Source: Oceanispirochaeta sp. (GTDB lineage: Bacteria > Spirochaetota > Spirochaetia > DSM-2461). From it: a stretch of 64,000 bases of DNA. Numbering within the stretch: position 1 is the stretch's first letter; every line of letters begins with the position of its first letter. Under the pieces are notes generated by a model. It made no database searches and had not been told where the DNA came from. It saw only the letters and a list, made by a program, of their open reading frames with translations. Shown here piece after piece: positions 29,211 to 38,261 of the stretch. The DNA is taken from the NCBI GenBank assembly GCA_963666275.2, contig CAXXOA010000001.1:192001-256000 (forward strand), written 5' to 3'. A program made the translations under genes and the position numbers.

Positions 29211-30491
29211 TTAGTTAGAAACCAGATTGGGGATGAACGTAACGATACCCGGTATGTAGGTTATGATGAACAGGGTTACGATCATGATGATAATGTTGGG
29301 CAGTATGGCTTTGCTGATCTGGGCGACCGAAAGTTTGGATATACTGCATCCCACATATAGGATATTGCCCACGGGGGGGGTGATCAGGCCTATACAGAGG
29401 TTGACGATCATGACAACTCCGAAATAGACAGGGTCCAGACCGAACTGGGTCGTTATCTTGATAAGAATCGGTCCCATGATCAGGAGAGCCGGAGTCAGAT
29501 CGAGAACGCAGCCGATCATCAGCAGAAGTATGTTGATGAAGAACATGAGCAGGATAGGACTGTCTCCTGCCAGAGACAGAAGAGATCTGGACATGAGAGC
29601 GGGAATCTGGGCTGTGGTGATGCTGTAGGCTACGGCCGTGGCGGCGCCGCAAACCAGCATAACCACAGCTGAGTTTTTGGCCGTTTTTACAAGAATGGAT
29701 CTCAGCATGCTGATCTTCAGGTCCTTGTAAACAAACAGTCCGATGAAAAAAGCGTACATCACAGCGATAACCGCTGCTTCGGTCGGCGTGTAAGCTCCTC
29801 CGATAATGCCTCCCAGGATTATCAGCGGAAGCAGAAGAGCCCAGAATGCGCTTTTGGCGGCTTTTCCGAGCTGTCTTAAGTTCAGCTTTCCTTCGGCTTT
29901 GTAATTTTTCTTTTTAGCATGAAAAAACCATCCGAGCATCAATCCGAATCCGATGAGTATTCCCGGGACGATTCCTCCCAGAAAGAGCTTTACAATGGAG
30001 ACGTTGGCAATAACGCCAAAGAGGATCATGGGGATGCTAGGGGGAATTATCGGTCCGATCGTCCCGGCGGCGCAGAAAAGGGCTGTCGCCTTTTCCGGGT
30101 CGTAATCTTCTTTTTCCATAACCGGATAAAGGATAGAGCCGATGGCGGAAGTGTCTGCAACAGCTGAACCGGAGACTCCGGCGAAAAGCATGCTGGCCAT
30201 GACCGTGACATAGCCCAGGCCGCCTCTGATATGGCCAAGCATGGCTCTTGCAAAGTCGACGATTCTTCTGGATATTCCACCGGCGTTCATGAGTTCTCCT
30301 GCCAGCAGGAAGAATGGGACAGCCATCAATGGAAAATTGTCGATCCCTCTGACCACGCTCTGTGTGAGCAGTATGGGAGACAGGTTTCCCATGGCATTCA
30401 TGAGGACACCTCCCGTCAGAATCAGAGAAAACGAAATAGGGATGGATAATGCGATTAATGCGAAAAGGGTCACCAGGAAGAGCGCTAGCAT
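29211..30491 (-). CDS. dctM: TRAP transporter large permease
   Basis: FPLMAVPFF, SGSAVAD, IPPSIP, TPPVG. Confidence 0.95.
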   Translation of the reverse strand: MLALFLVTLFALIALSIPISFSLILTGGVLMNAMGNLSPILLTQSVVRGIDNFPLMAVPFFLLAGELMNAGGISRRIVDFARAMLGHIRGGLGYVTVMASMLFAGVSGSAVADTSAIGSILYPVMEKEDYDPEKATALFCAAGTIGPIIPPSIPMILFGVIANVSIVKLFLGGIVPGILIGFGLMLGWFFHAKKKNYKAEGKLNLRQLGKAAKSAFWALLLPLIILGGIIGGAYTPTEAAVIAVMYAFFIGLFVYKDLKISMLRSILVKTAKNSAVVMLVCGAATAVAYSITTAQIPALMSRSLLSLAGDSPILLMFFINILLLMIGCVLDLTPALLIMGPILIKITTQFGLDPVYFGVVMIVNLCIGLITPPVGNILYVGCSISKLSVAQISKAILPNIIIMIVTLFIITYIPGIVTFIPNLVSN

Positions 30492-30985
30492 AGGACGGCC
30501 TCCTTCCGGGCGGAGATGATGTCGGTAAATGAGTTGGCTATCTTTCCAAGGGCCATGATGACCAGGCAGACCCCTGTAATAGGAACAATCATATAGATTA
30601 TGCCGTAGGGTATGCCGCTGGCGGGAGCTGTCCAGCCGCTCCGGAGAGTGTTTCCTGTAAGAAGGATCCCTCCGTAGGTGAGCAGGGAAAGCGCTGCCGC
30701 AGACAGGATGTAGGAAAGCAGTACAATGTAGCGGCTGGCTTTTTCGGGAAGAGCCTTGACCAGTACGTCCAGGCCCAGGTGGCCGTCATCCGTATAGGCC
30801 AGAACAGCTCCGATAAATACCACGAATATCAGGAGAAACCTGGATCCTTCTTCTGTCCAGGGAATGGAAATGTTTAAAAAATAGCGGGAAAGGACATTCA
30901 GAAAAACAATGAGTGTCATCCCGGTCATGAGAACAGCCAGAACAGTTTCCAGGAAAAATTCGAGTTTCCGGATTATCTGTTTCAT
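30485..30985 (-). CDS. dctQ: TRAP transporter small permease
   Basis: NVLSRY...WTEEGSRF...HLGLD. Confidence 0.93.
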   Translation of the reverse strand: MKQIIRKLEFFLETVLAVLMTGMTLIVFLNVLSRYFLNISIPWTEEGSRFLLIFVVFIGAVLAYTDDGHLGLDVLVKALPEKASRYIVLLSYILSAAALSLLTYGGILLTGNTLRSGWTAPASGIPYGIIYMIVPITGVCLVIMALGKIANSFTDIISARKEAVLC

Positions 30986-31022
30986 AAAATTATCCCCCTT
31001 TTTGTCTGTCAGATTTTTTTAA

Positions 31023-31691
31023 TCACCCTGAGATCCAGTTTCTGTCTCCATAGGAAGCGCTCCAGGCTTTCTGGAAGGAGTCCCAGCGGTCCTGAGTAAA
31101 GTTGTTGTTGAGAAACTGTTTCCATAGTCCGTAGGCGCAGGTGGATTCATCTGCTCCGTAGATGTATCCGTCCACTATCTGGCTGATGCTCCTGGCTGCG
31201 GTCATTACTTTGGTATTGAGTCCTCTTTTTTTGTATACCTCAACAGTGTTCTGCAGCAGATCTCCTACGGGTTGTTCGCTTACCTCTCCCAGCAGACCGA
31301 CGAATATGGCTACATGGTCTACGCCCACTGCGCCGACGGCAATTGCCTCAATGACCGAATGAACACAGGTTGCACAGACCGGAATTCCTGCCTGTTTCAG
31401 CAGTTTCATACCTCCGATTCCGTTTTCATTGGTGATGACTTTTACGGTGATATTGTCAGATACGGAAGCCAGGGCTTTCCCTTCCTCCAGGATTTCCCGG
31501 GGGGAGTCTGATATCACCTGAGCGAATACGGGAAGGTCGGGCACCATGCGGCATATTTCGGTTAATGCATCCTTGAAATTGTATTTTTCTTTTGCGACCA
31601 TCGCAGGATTCATTGTTATACCGCCCAGATGGGCCCACTCTTTTGCTTCTTCGATTTCGGATAAATTGCAGGAATTTAAAAACAGCCTCAT
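31023..31691 (-). CDS. Transaldolase/fructose-6-phosphate aldolase family protein with an atypical active site
   Basis: 222 aa; GITMNP, VFAQV, and Schiff-base Lys in NITVKV. Several canonical residues are substituted. Confidence 0.85.
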   Translation of the reverse strand: MRLFLNSCNLSEIEEAKEWAHLGGITMNPAMVAKEKYNFKDALTEICRMVPDLPVFAQVISDSPREILEEGKALASVSDNITVKVITNENGIGGMKLLKQAGIPVCATCVHSVIEAIAVGAVGVDHVAIFVGLLGEVSEQPVGDLLQNTVEVYKKRGLNTKVMTAARSISQIVDGYIYGADESTCAYGLWKQFLNNNFTQDRWDSFQKAWSASYGDRNWISG

Positions 31692-31791
31692 TTTATTACC
31701 TCTTCTCTTCTTTTTTTTGGATTTACAGGAAATTGCAGATAACCCTTTTTTTATAGTTGCATGAAGGTTTCATATTGGTTTATCTAATTTG

Positions 31792-31821
31792 ATTATATTT
31801 CAACAAAATTGAATCTGTCAA
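31792..31821 (-). promoter_or_regulatory. Leftward promoter with the operator in the spacer
   Basis: On the minus strand, TTGACA (31816-31821) and TATAAT (31792-31797) bracket TTCAACAAAATTGAA (31799-31813). Confidence 0.72.
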
Positions 31822-31948
31822 ACTATATTTTCAAAAATAATTTTTGTTTTATATCAGATCTCTTATTCTGATACATTATGATTGTATTTTATATAGTATT
31901 ATATTGTAGATAATTAAAGTTGTTTTCGATTGGGATGGCTAAAAAACG

Positions 31949-31977
31949 TTGACAGTTCAACAATGTTGAATCAAAAT
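31949..31977 (+). promoter_or_regulatory. Rightward promoter with the operator in the spacer
   Basis: TTGACA (31949-31954), palindrome TTCAACAATGTTGAA (31956-31970), CAAAAT (31972-31977). Confidence 0.72.
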
Positions 31978-32032
31978 ATATCTCATAGATTTGTTATATG
32001 AATGATCCACAATAAAAGGGAGATAGGAACCA

Positions 32033-33382
32033 ATGGATATTGAAAAAATGATTGCCAATGCGAGAACTGCCCAGGCTCAGCTGGAAACATACAGCCAGGA
32101 GGAACTGGATCTGCTGGTAAAAAGGATTGCCAAGGTTGTTTTTGATAATGCGGAAGTCTTTGCAAAGATGGCTGTAGAGGAATCGGGAATGGGCACCTAT
32201 GAATCCAAGGTGCTTAAGAAAAAGGGCAAATCGAGAATCCTCTGGCATAGTCTGAAAGGAAAAAAGTCGGTGGGTGTTTTATCGGATGATCCAGAAACAG
32301 GGATTATCGAGATTGCAAAACCGGTGGGGATAATCGGTGCTATTCAGCCCTGTACCAATCCTATTGTAACTCCCATGGCCAATGCCATGAATGCTGTGAA
32401 ATGCGGCAATGCCATCATTATTGCTCCCCATCCCCGGACTGTTAACTGCACTCAGGTCTATGTGGACATGATCTATAAAGCCTGGGAAGGTCTGAAATAT
32501 CCGGAAAATATCATACAGTGTTTTGTTCCCCGTAATGTTGAGGAAACCCAGACCCTGATGAAAGCGGTCGATGTTATTGTTGCCACAGGTGGACCGGGAA
32601 TGGTGAAAGCTGCCTATTCCAGCGGTAAACCTTCATTCGGAGTGGGACCTGGAAATGTACAGTGCATTCTGGATCGGGACATCTCAATTCCCGAGGCGGT
32701 GGAAAAAATTATTACAGGCCGTACTTTTGACAACGGCATTATCTGCTCGGGAGAGCAGACTATTATCTATCCCGGGGAATTAAAAGATTCACTTTATGAG
32801 GAACTGGGCAAGGCGAACTGCATAATCCTTACAGAGCAGGCAGATATCACAAAGCTGGAAAGGGTTCTGTTTGCTGATGGGCATATCCATAAGGATGCTG
32901 TTGGAAAAAGCCCGGTCTATCTGGCAGAGAAAGCGGGAATTTCCGTAGATCCCGCCACGAAAATTCTCATGATCCCTGTGGATAAGGAAAATACATCCAG
33001 CCTGTTCCGGAAAGAGAAGATGTTTCCGGTCATTGCTCTTTTCGAATACGACGATTTTCAGGAGGCAGTTGATACAGCGGTTTACAATCTGAATATAGAA
33101 GGAAAAGGCCATTCGGTTTCCATTCATTCCCATAACCCGGAAAATATAACTCTTTTTGGAAAACAGGCTCCGGTGAGCAGAGTCGTGGTAAATGCCGTCG
33201 CGGCAACTACGGCCGGTGGAGCTTTTACCAACGGACTGAATCCCACCAGTACTCTCGGATGCGGCTCCTGGGGAAATAACAGCATTTCGGAAAACTTTTA
33301 TTACAAACACTGCATGAACGTCACAAGGATTGCCAGACCCATCGACGGGAATATCCCGTCAGATGATGAACTCTGGTCTTAA
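32033..33382 (+). CDS. CoA-acylating aldehyde dehydrogenase (succinate-semialdehyde dehydrogenase / succinyl-CoA reductase type)
   Basis: PCTNP, ATGGPGMVKAAYSSGKP.FGVGPGN, DNGIICSGEQ (catalytic Cys), TLGCGSWGNNSISEN. Confidence 0.9.
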   Translation: MDIEKMIANARTAQAQLETYSQEELDLLVKRIAKVVFDNAEVFAKMAVEESGMGTYESKVLKKKGKSRILWHSLKGKKSVGVLSDDPETGIIEIAKPVGIIGAIQPCTNPIVTPMANAMNAVKCGNAIIIAPHPRTVNCTQVYVDMIYKAWEGLKYPENIIQCFVPRNVEETQTLMKAVDVIVATGGPGMVKAAYSSGKPSFGVGPGNVQCILDRDISIPEAVEKIITGRTFDNGIICSGEQTIIYPGELKDSLYEELGKANCIILTEQADITKLERVLFADGHIHKDAVGKSPVYLAEKAGISVDPATKILMIPVDKENTSSLFRKEKMFPVIALFEYDDFQEAVDTAVYNLNIEGKGHSVSIHSHNPENITLFGKQAPVSRVVVNAVAATTAGGAFTNGLNPTSTLGCGSWGNNSISENFYYKHCMNVTRIARPIDGNIPSDDELWS

Positions 33383-33391
33383 GGAGTTTCT

Positions 33392-34549
33392 ATGAATTTG
33401 ATGGAATACAAAGCTCAGGAGCTTTTTGGAAGATTCGGTCTTCCCGCCAATAGGGGAGTCCTGGTTCAATCAGTGGAAGAGCTGGCAAAGACCATGAACA
33501 GCCTGACTTACCCCCTTGTTCTGAAGGCCCAGGTGGAGACGGGAGGCCGGGGAAAGGCAGGCGGTGTCAGGATTGTAAAAAACAAGGACAAACTGCTTGA
33601 AGAAGCGGATGCCATTCTGAATCTCAATATAAACGGCTTTGATGTAAAAAAGCTTTATGTTGTGGAAGCTCTGAATTTTCAGAGGGAAATGTATGTCAGT
33701 ATCATTTTCGACCGGGCCGAGAAGGTGCCTCTTCTGATCTTCTGCGGAAACGGCGGGGTGGATATCAATGAGATCGCCGAAGAGCACCCGGAAGATATTA
33801 TCCGCTATCACCTGATGCCGGGCATGGGAATCCGGGGATACATGACCGATTATATTCTGGATAAAAGCGGTATGAGCCGCAATTTGAAGGAGTCTCTTCA
33901 GGATATTCTGGAAAAACTCTACGCGCTCTTTCTGGAAAAAAATGCCCTCCTTGTGGAAGTGAATCCTCTGGTTCTGACAGATAAGGGTGAACTTGTGCTT
34001 CTGGACGGAAAAATCACGGTCGATGACAACGCCCTTTTCAGGCATGAAGATCTCCTGGCGTATCGGGACGAAATGGAGGACAATCCTCTGATCCTCGATG
34101 CACGGGCTAACAGGTTCCTTTATATACCCATTGAAGACGCTGGTACGATCGGTGTCATCAGTAATGGTTCAGGTATGATTATGTCCAGTATCGATCTGAT
34201 CAGCCGGAAGAATCTGACTGTGAAGTGCGCCCTTGATCTTGGCGGCGGCGCCACGGCGGAAAGGATCAAGGAAGCCGTCAGGATTGTATTAAGCAACCCC
34301 GATGTGAAACTTCTTTTTATCAATATTTTCGGCGGCATAACCAGATGTGATGAAATCGCCAGGGGAGTCAAACTGGCATATGCGGAGGCCGACTATACGA
34401 TCCCCCTCGTTCTGCGTCTGGAAGGGACCAACAAGGAAGCCGGCCTTGAGATTATAGAATCTCTCCCTGTCAGTTTTCAACTTTCTGACGATCTGGTAGA
34501 CGGCGTAGAGAAAATTGTGGAAATAAGCGCAGTGGGGGAACAGCTATGA
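33392..34549 (+). CDS. ADP-forming succinate/malate-CoA ligase family, beta subunit
   Basis: [47 protein letters not shown]. Confidence 0.93.
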   Translation: MNLMEYKAQELFGRFGLPANRGVLVQSVEELAKTMNSLTYPLVLKAQVETGGRGKAGGVRIVKNKDKLLEEADAILNLNINGFDVKKLYVVEALNFQREMYVSIIFDRAEKVPLLIFCGNGGVDINEIAEEHPEDIIRYHLMPGMGIRGYMTDYILDKSGMSRNLKESLQDILEKLYALFLEKNALLVEVNPLVLTDKGELVLLDGKITVDDNALFRHEDLLAYRDEMEDNPLILDARANRFLYIPIEDAGTIGVISNGSGMIMSSIDLISRKNLTVKCALDLGGGATAERIKEAVRIVLSNPDVKLLFINIFGGITRCDEIARGVKLAYAEADYTIPLVLRLEGTNKEAGLEIIESLPVSFQLSDDLVDGVEKIVEISAVGEQL

Positions 34550-35421
34550 GTGTACTGGTAGATGAAAAAACGCGTCTGATCGTTCAGGGCATCACAGGAA
34601 GGGAAGGCCGTTTCCATACGGAGCAGATGCTGGAATACGGAGTTGCTGTTGTTGCGGGCGTGACCCCCGGCAAAGGCGGTACTTCCGTTGAGGGAGTACC
34701 TGTCTACAATACGGTCCGGGAAGCTATGGAACAGCATGATGCCAATGCCGTGGTGGTGTTTGTTCCTCCGAAGGCAATGAAAACGGCGGCGCAGGAGTCT
34801 ATAGAAACGGGCGTCCCTCTTGTTATTACCATTGCAGAGGGTGTTCCTGTTCTGGATATGTATTATCTGTCCCATCTGGCTAAGCAGAGGGGGGTAAGGC
34901 TCATCGGGCCGAACTCTTTCGGGATTATTTCTCCGGGAAAATCCAAAGCGGGATTTATGTCCCATCGGATCTTTTCTCCCGGCAGAGTGGGGATCCTTTC
35001 CAGAAGCGCCACCAATGCATATGAAACCGTATTCAGGATGACCAATAACGGTATAGGTCAGTCCACGGTTATCGGTGTCGGCGGGGATATGATCCCGGGG
35101 AGTACTTTTTCTGATCTTCTGCCTCTGCTTGAGGAGGATGACCAGACCGACCTTATTGTCATTATCGGTGAGATCGGCGGCAGTGAGGAAGAAAAGGCCG
35201 CAGAGTATATCAAATCTCATGTAACCAAGCCGGTGGTGGCTCTTATAGCCGGAAAAAATGCCCCGAAAGGGAGAAGTATGGGACATGCGGGAGCTATCGT
35301 TTCTCCCAATGGAGAAGGAAGCGCCGAAATGAAAGAGGCGAAACTGACAGAGGCAGGAGTCAGGATCGCAGAAAGTACGACGCATATTACGGATCTTGTG
35401 AAAGAGATCCTGGCCGGCTGA
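34546..35421 (+). CDS. ADP-forming succinate/malate-CoA ligase family, alpha subunit
   Basis: [30 protein letters not shown] (phospho-His). Confidence 0.94.
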   Translation: MSVLVDEKTRLIVQGITGREGRFHTEQMLEYGVAVVAGVTPGKGGTSVEGVPVYNTVREAMEQHDANAVVVFVPPKAMKTAAQESIETGVPLVITIAEGVPVLDMYYLSHLAKQRGVRLIGPNSFGIISPGKSKAGFMSHRIFSPGRVGILSRSATNAYETVFRMTNNGIGQSTVIGVGGDMIPGSTFSDLLPLLEEDDQTDLIVIIGEIGGSEEEKAAEYIKSHVTKPVVALIAGKNAPKGRSMGHAGAIVSPNGEGSAEMKEAKLTEAGVRIAESTTHITDLVKEILAG

Positions 35422-35460
35422 ATAAGCCGGTATTGAACACAGTAAATTAAGGAAGGTTCC

Positions 35461-36708
35461 ATGACGATTGATATCCCTTACAAAAAAACGGTTTTACCCA
35501 TAACTCTCCCGGATAGTATTGATTTTCAATGTCTGGAGCCTTCCTTTTTTCCTCTCGAGACCAGCCTTGAGCAGATGATCGAAGATTCTCTTGAATCTCC
35601 TGTTTCCAGCGTTCCGTTCAGGGAATTCCTGAGAGGTTCGGGAGACCTACTGGTCATAGTCAATGACGGAACCAGACCGACTCCGACAAGGCTTATACTT
35701 GAAGAGATTGCGGATGATCTGGAAAAGTATGGTGCACAGTTCATTATCGCCACGGGAGTGCACAGAGCTCCTACGGATCAGGAGTTCCGGTATATCTTTG
35801 GTAATACCTATGAGCGGTTCCGGGAAAGGATCCTTGTTCATGATGCCAGAAAAACAGAAGATCTGGAGTATTATGGCGAATCAAAGCAGGGAACACCGAT
35901 TTATCTCAATAAACATTGCGGTCTTTCCGGAAAAATCCTGGTAATAGGATCGGTGGAACCCCACTATTTTGCGGGATATACAGGAGGGAGGAAAGGTTTT
36001 TTCCCGGGGATAGCCGGTTTCGAAACCATCGAAGCCAATCACAAACTCGCCCTTGATCCCTCTGCAAAAACCCTGAAACTGAAAGGGAATCCCGTCCATG
36101 AGGATATGATGGACTGCCTGAAATGCCTTGAAGGCAAAGAGGTTTTCGGCATTATGACAGTGCTGGATAAATTCCATCAGATATATGCAGTCTCATCAGG
36201 TGACCTGATAGAGTCCTTTTACGGGGCAATAGATAAGGCAGATGAAATTTTTGTTACTCCTGTAGAGAAAAAAGCGGATATTGTGATTTCCTGTGCAAAG
36301 TACCCTATGGATGTGGATCTTTATCAGTCTCAGAAAGCAATCGATAACGGGAAACTGGCATTGAAGGAGGGAGGGATCCTCTATGTGGTATCCTCATGCA
36401 ATGACGGTTTGGGAGAGAAAGCTTTCTCCCGTCTTCTCAGCTCTTCTGATTCTCCTCAGGGAGTTTTGGAGCATATCGAAAAGGAGTATCGTCTCGGGTA
36501 TCACAAAGCTGCCAAAATGGCTGAAGTGTTCACCTGGGCGGATGTCCGCCTGTATTCCGATTTGGATGATCAGACAGTCCGGGATCTGTTTATGACTCCC
36601 CTGGAAGATCTTCAGAGGGATATTCTGAAATCCATAGAAGACTCAGGTGAAAATGTTTCAGTTATTTTCATTCCTGACGGATGCGTGACTGTTCCATACA
36701 GCAATTAG
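35461..36708 (+). CDS. larA: LarA-family nickel-pincer 2-hydroxyacid racemase/epimerase
   Basis: NDGTRPTP, ATGVHR, EPHYFAGYTGGRK, DLYQSQKA. Confidence 0.9.
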   Translation: MTIDIPYKKTVLPITLPDSIDFQCLEPSFFPLETSLEQMIEDSLESPVSSVPFREFLRGSGDLLVIVNDGTRPTPTRLILEEIADDLEKYGAQFIIATGVHRAPTDQEFRYIFGNTYERFRERILVHDARKTEDLEYYGESKQGTPIYLNKHCGLSGKILVIGSVEPHYFAGYTGGRKGFFPGIAGFETIEANHKLALDPSAKTLKLKGNPVHEDMMDCLKCLEGKEVFGIMTVLDKFHQIYAVSSGDLIESFYGAIDKADEIFVTPVEKKADIVISCAKYPMDVDLYQSQKAIDNGKLALKEGGILYVVSSCNDGLGEKAFSRLLSSSDSPQGVLEHIEKEYRLGYHKAAKMAEVFTWADVRLYSDLDDQTVRDLFMTPLEDLQRDILKSIEDSGENVSVIFIPDGCVTVPYSN

Positions 36709-36743
36709 GGTTTTCCTGTTATCCTTGCAGCGGCAGGGAATCC

Positions 36744-36926
36744 CTAAAACGGCCCGAACCCGATCCCCACAGCTCCCATCAGAAACAGCAGGGACAGCCC
36801 CGCTATGCCCACCTGTATCTTCCAGGTCCTCCAGAGGCACTATGATGGGCATAACAAGAAAGGCTTTGGCTGAGACGCTGCTTATAAAGATATTCAGTGC
36901 TGGAGTCAGAAAGTATATGTAGAAAG
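36744..36926 (-). pseudogene. Relic of the yfcC 3' end with an internal deletion
   Basis: 36744-36829 aligns to 40780-40865 (TWKIQVGIAGLSLLFLMGAVGIGFGPF* vs TWKMQVGIAGLSLLFLMGAVAIGFGPY*), and 36831-36926 aligns to 41010-41105. Confidence 0.92.
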
Positions 36927-37036
36927 AACCGGTTGAGATCGAAGATTGCGGGACCTGTCAATTCATTCCATAATTCCGGAGGGGTTTGGGATATGTTGGG
37001 AAAGATTGTAATATTCTCACAATTGGGACTACTCAT
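36918..37036 (-). pseudogene. Relic of the 5' end of the GNAT-SPT gene
   Basis: MSSPNCENITIFPNISQTPPELWNELTGPAIFDLNRFFL vs MKTLEQKKLTFSICRKISQIPPEVWNKLSDPAIFGFNRSFL (14284-14408). Confidence 0.85.
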
Positions 37037-37237
37037 AATTGATTTTAAGGTAAACGAGAGATCCTTATAGGTGGTTAGGATAAAGAAATCTATTTTTTTA
37101 ACCAGATGAGCAGTGTGAGGTTGTATAGATGAGTACTGATCGCCCAAAGTTCTTCTAAAAGATGAAACGACATAAATATCAGAGCTGGCTTATTATAAAC
37201 CAGCCCGATTAGGGTGTAATGTCTGGTTGAGCAAGAA

Positions 37238-38179
37238 TCACCGGCTTATGGTCTGCTCCAGAGCATCAATCGAAGTCCTTATTCCCGCTTCCACACTCAT
37301 TGTCAGGTCTTCCATCTCCAGAGAGATAATGCCATTGTACCCGGTCATCCGGACCACTGAAAAGAACTCTTTCCACCACTGAAGATCCTGTCCGCATCCG
37401 ACGGCAACATAGTTCCAGGTCCGGTTCAGCGTATCAGTAACAGGCTTGTATTCCATCAGACCGTTTACATCACAAAGTCCCCGTTCAATCCGGGCATCTT
37501 TTCCGTGTATATGGTAGATCGCTTCTCCTGTCGCTCTTGCAGCGGCGATGGGATCGGCTCCCATGGCTATCAGATGTGAGGGGTCCAGGTTCATTCCGAT
37601 AAGCGGGCCAACGGCATTCCGTAGTTTCATCAGTGTTTCGGTATTATAAACCAGCTGGCAGGGAAATTCCTCCAGAGCAATTTGTTCCACCCCGTGTTTT
37701 TCCGCATGTTTAACAAAATCTTTCCACCAGGGGATAGCAATATCTTCCCACTGGTAGCGGACCGTTTCTACCATATAATCCGGCCAGGATACGGTAGAGG
37801 TGATCCAGTTGGGGGTTGCATCTCCCGGTGCTCCGCCAGGAAGACCGGACATCATTACAATTTTTTTTACCCCGAGTCTGCCGGCCAGCTCAACGGTCTG
37901 ATAGGAAGTCGCTGTATGCTCTTCTCCTATTTTACCCGGAGCCAGAGGGTTGCCCGAGCAGTTCAGGGCGGCAATTTCCATACCCCGTTTGTCCAGTTCC
38001 TGCCGGAATGCCTTAAGTTTATTTTCATCCTTCAGCAGTTCTGTGGTTTTTACATGAGGGCAGGCCGCCCAGCCGCCCGCTGTCATTTCCACATAGTTCA
38101 GTCCATAGCTTTTTACTTTATCCAGCATTTCCGGAAATGAAAGATCTCCCAGAACATCGGTACATAAAGACAGTTCCAT
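37238..38179 (-). CDS. Sugar-phosphate isomerase/epimerase (xylose-isomerase-like TIM barrel), copy 1
   Basis: LNCSGNPL, IALEE, NLDPSHL, HIHGKD, SLEMED. Confidence 0.88.
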   Translation of the reverse strand: MELSLCTDVLGDLSFPEMLDKVKSYGLNYVEMTAGGWAACPHVKTTELLKDENKLKAFRQELDKRGMEIAALNCSGNPLAPGKIGEEHTATSYQTVELAGRLGVKKIVMMSGLPGGAPGDATPNWITSTVSWPDYMVETVRYQWEDIAIPWWKDFVKHAEKHGVEQIALEEFPCQLVYNTETLMKLRNAVGPLIGMNLDPSHLIAMGADPIAAARATGEAIYHIHGKDARIERGLCDVNGLMEYKPVTDTLNRTWNYVAVGCGQDLQWWKEFFSVVRMTGYNGIISLEMEDLTMSVEAGIRTSIDALEQTISR

Positions 38180-38261
38180 TCTTCTCTCCCTTACTTAGCA
38201 TTTTTTTACTTTTTATCAGCCCTGTCTCCTCCCGTTCCCACCGGTCCCGGGAGGGGCTCAA

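Noticed and set aside
33392..35421. Calling the ligase the housekeeping TCA-cycle sucCD
   Set aside because: Its context (acylating ALDH, LarA, dedicated operator) suggests a specialised paralogue, so no gene symbol was given.
28164..36708. Reading the TAL/ALDH/CoA-ligase cluster as a known sulfoglycolysis (sulfo-TAL or sulfo-TK) pathway
   Set aside because: There is no sulfoquinovosidase, SQ isomerase, transketolase or sulfonate exporter in the cluster, and malic enzyme plus LarA point to a hydroxy-dicarboxylate. A sulfonate substrate is not fully excluded.
36803..37147. 114-aa ORF as a novel small protein
   Set aside because: It is explained by the spt' relic reading out of frame into the yfcC' relic.
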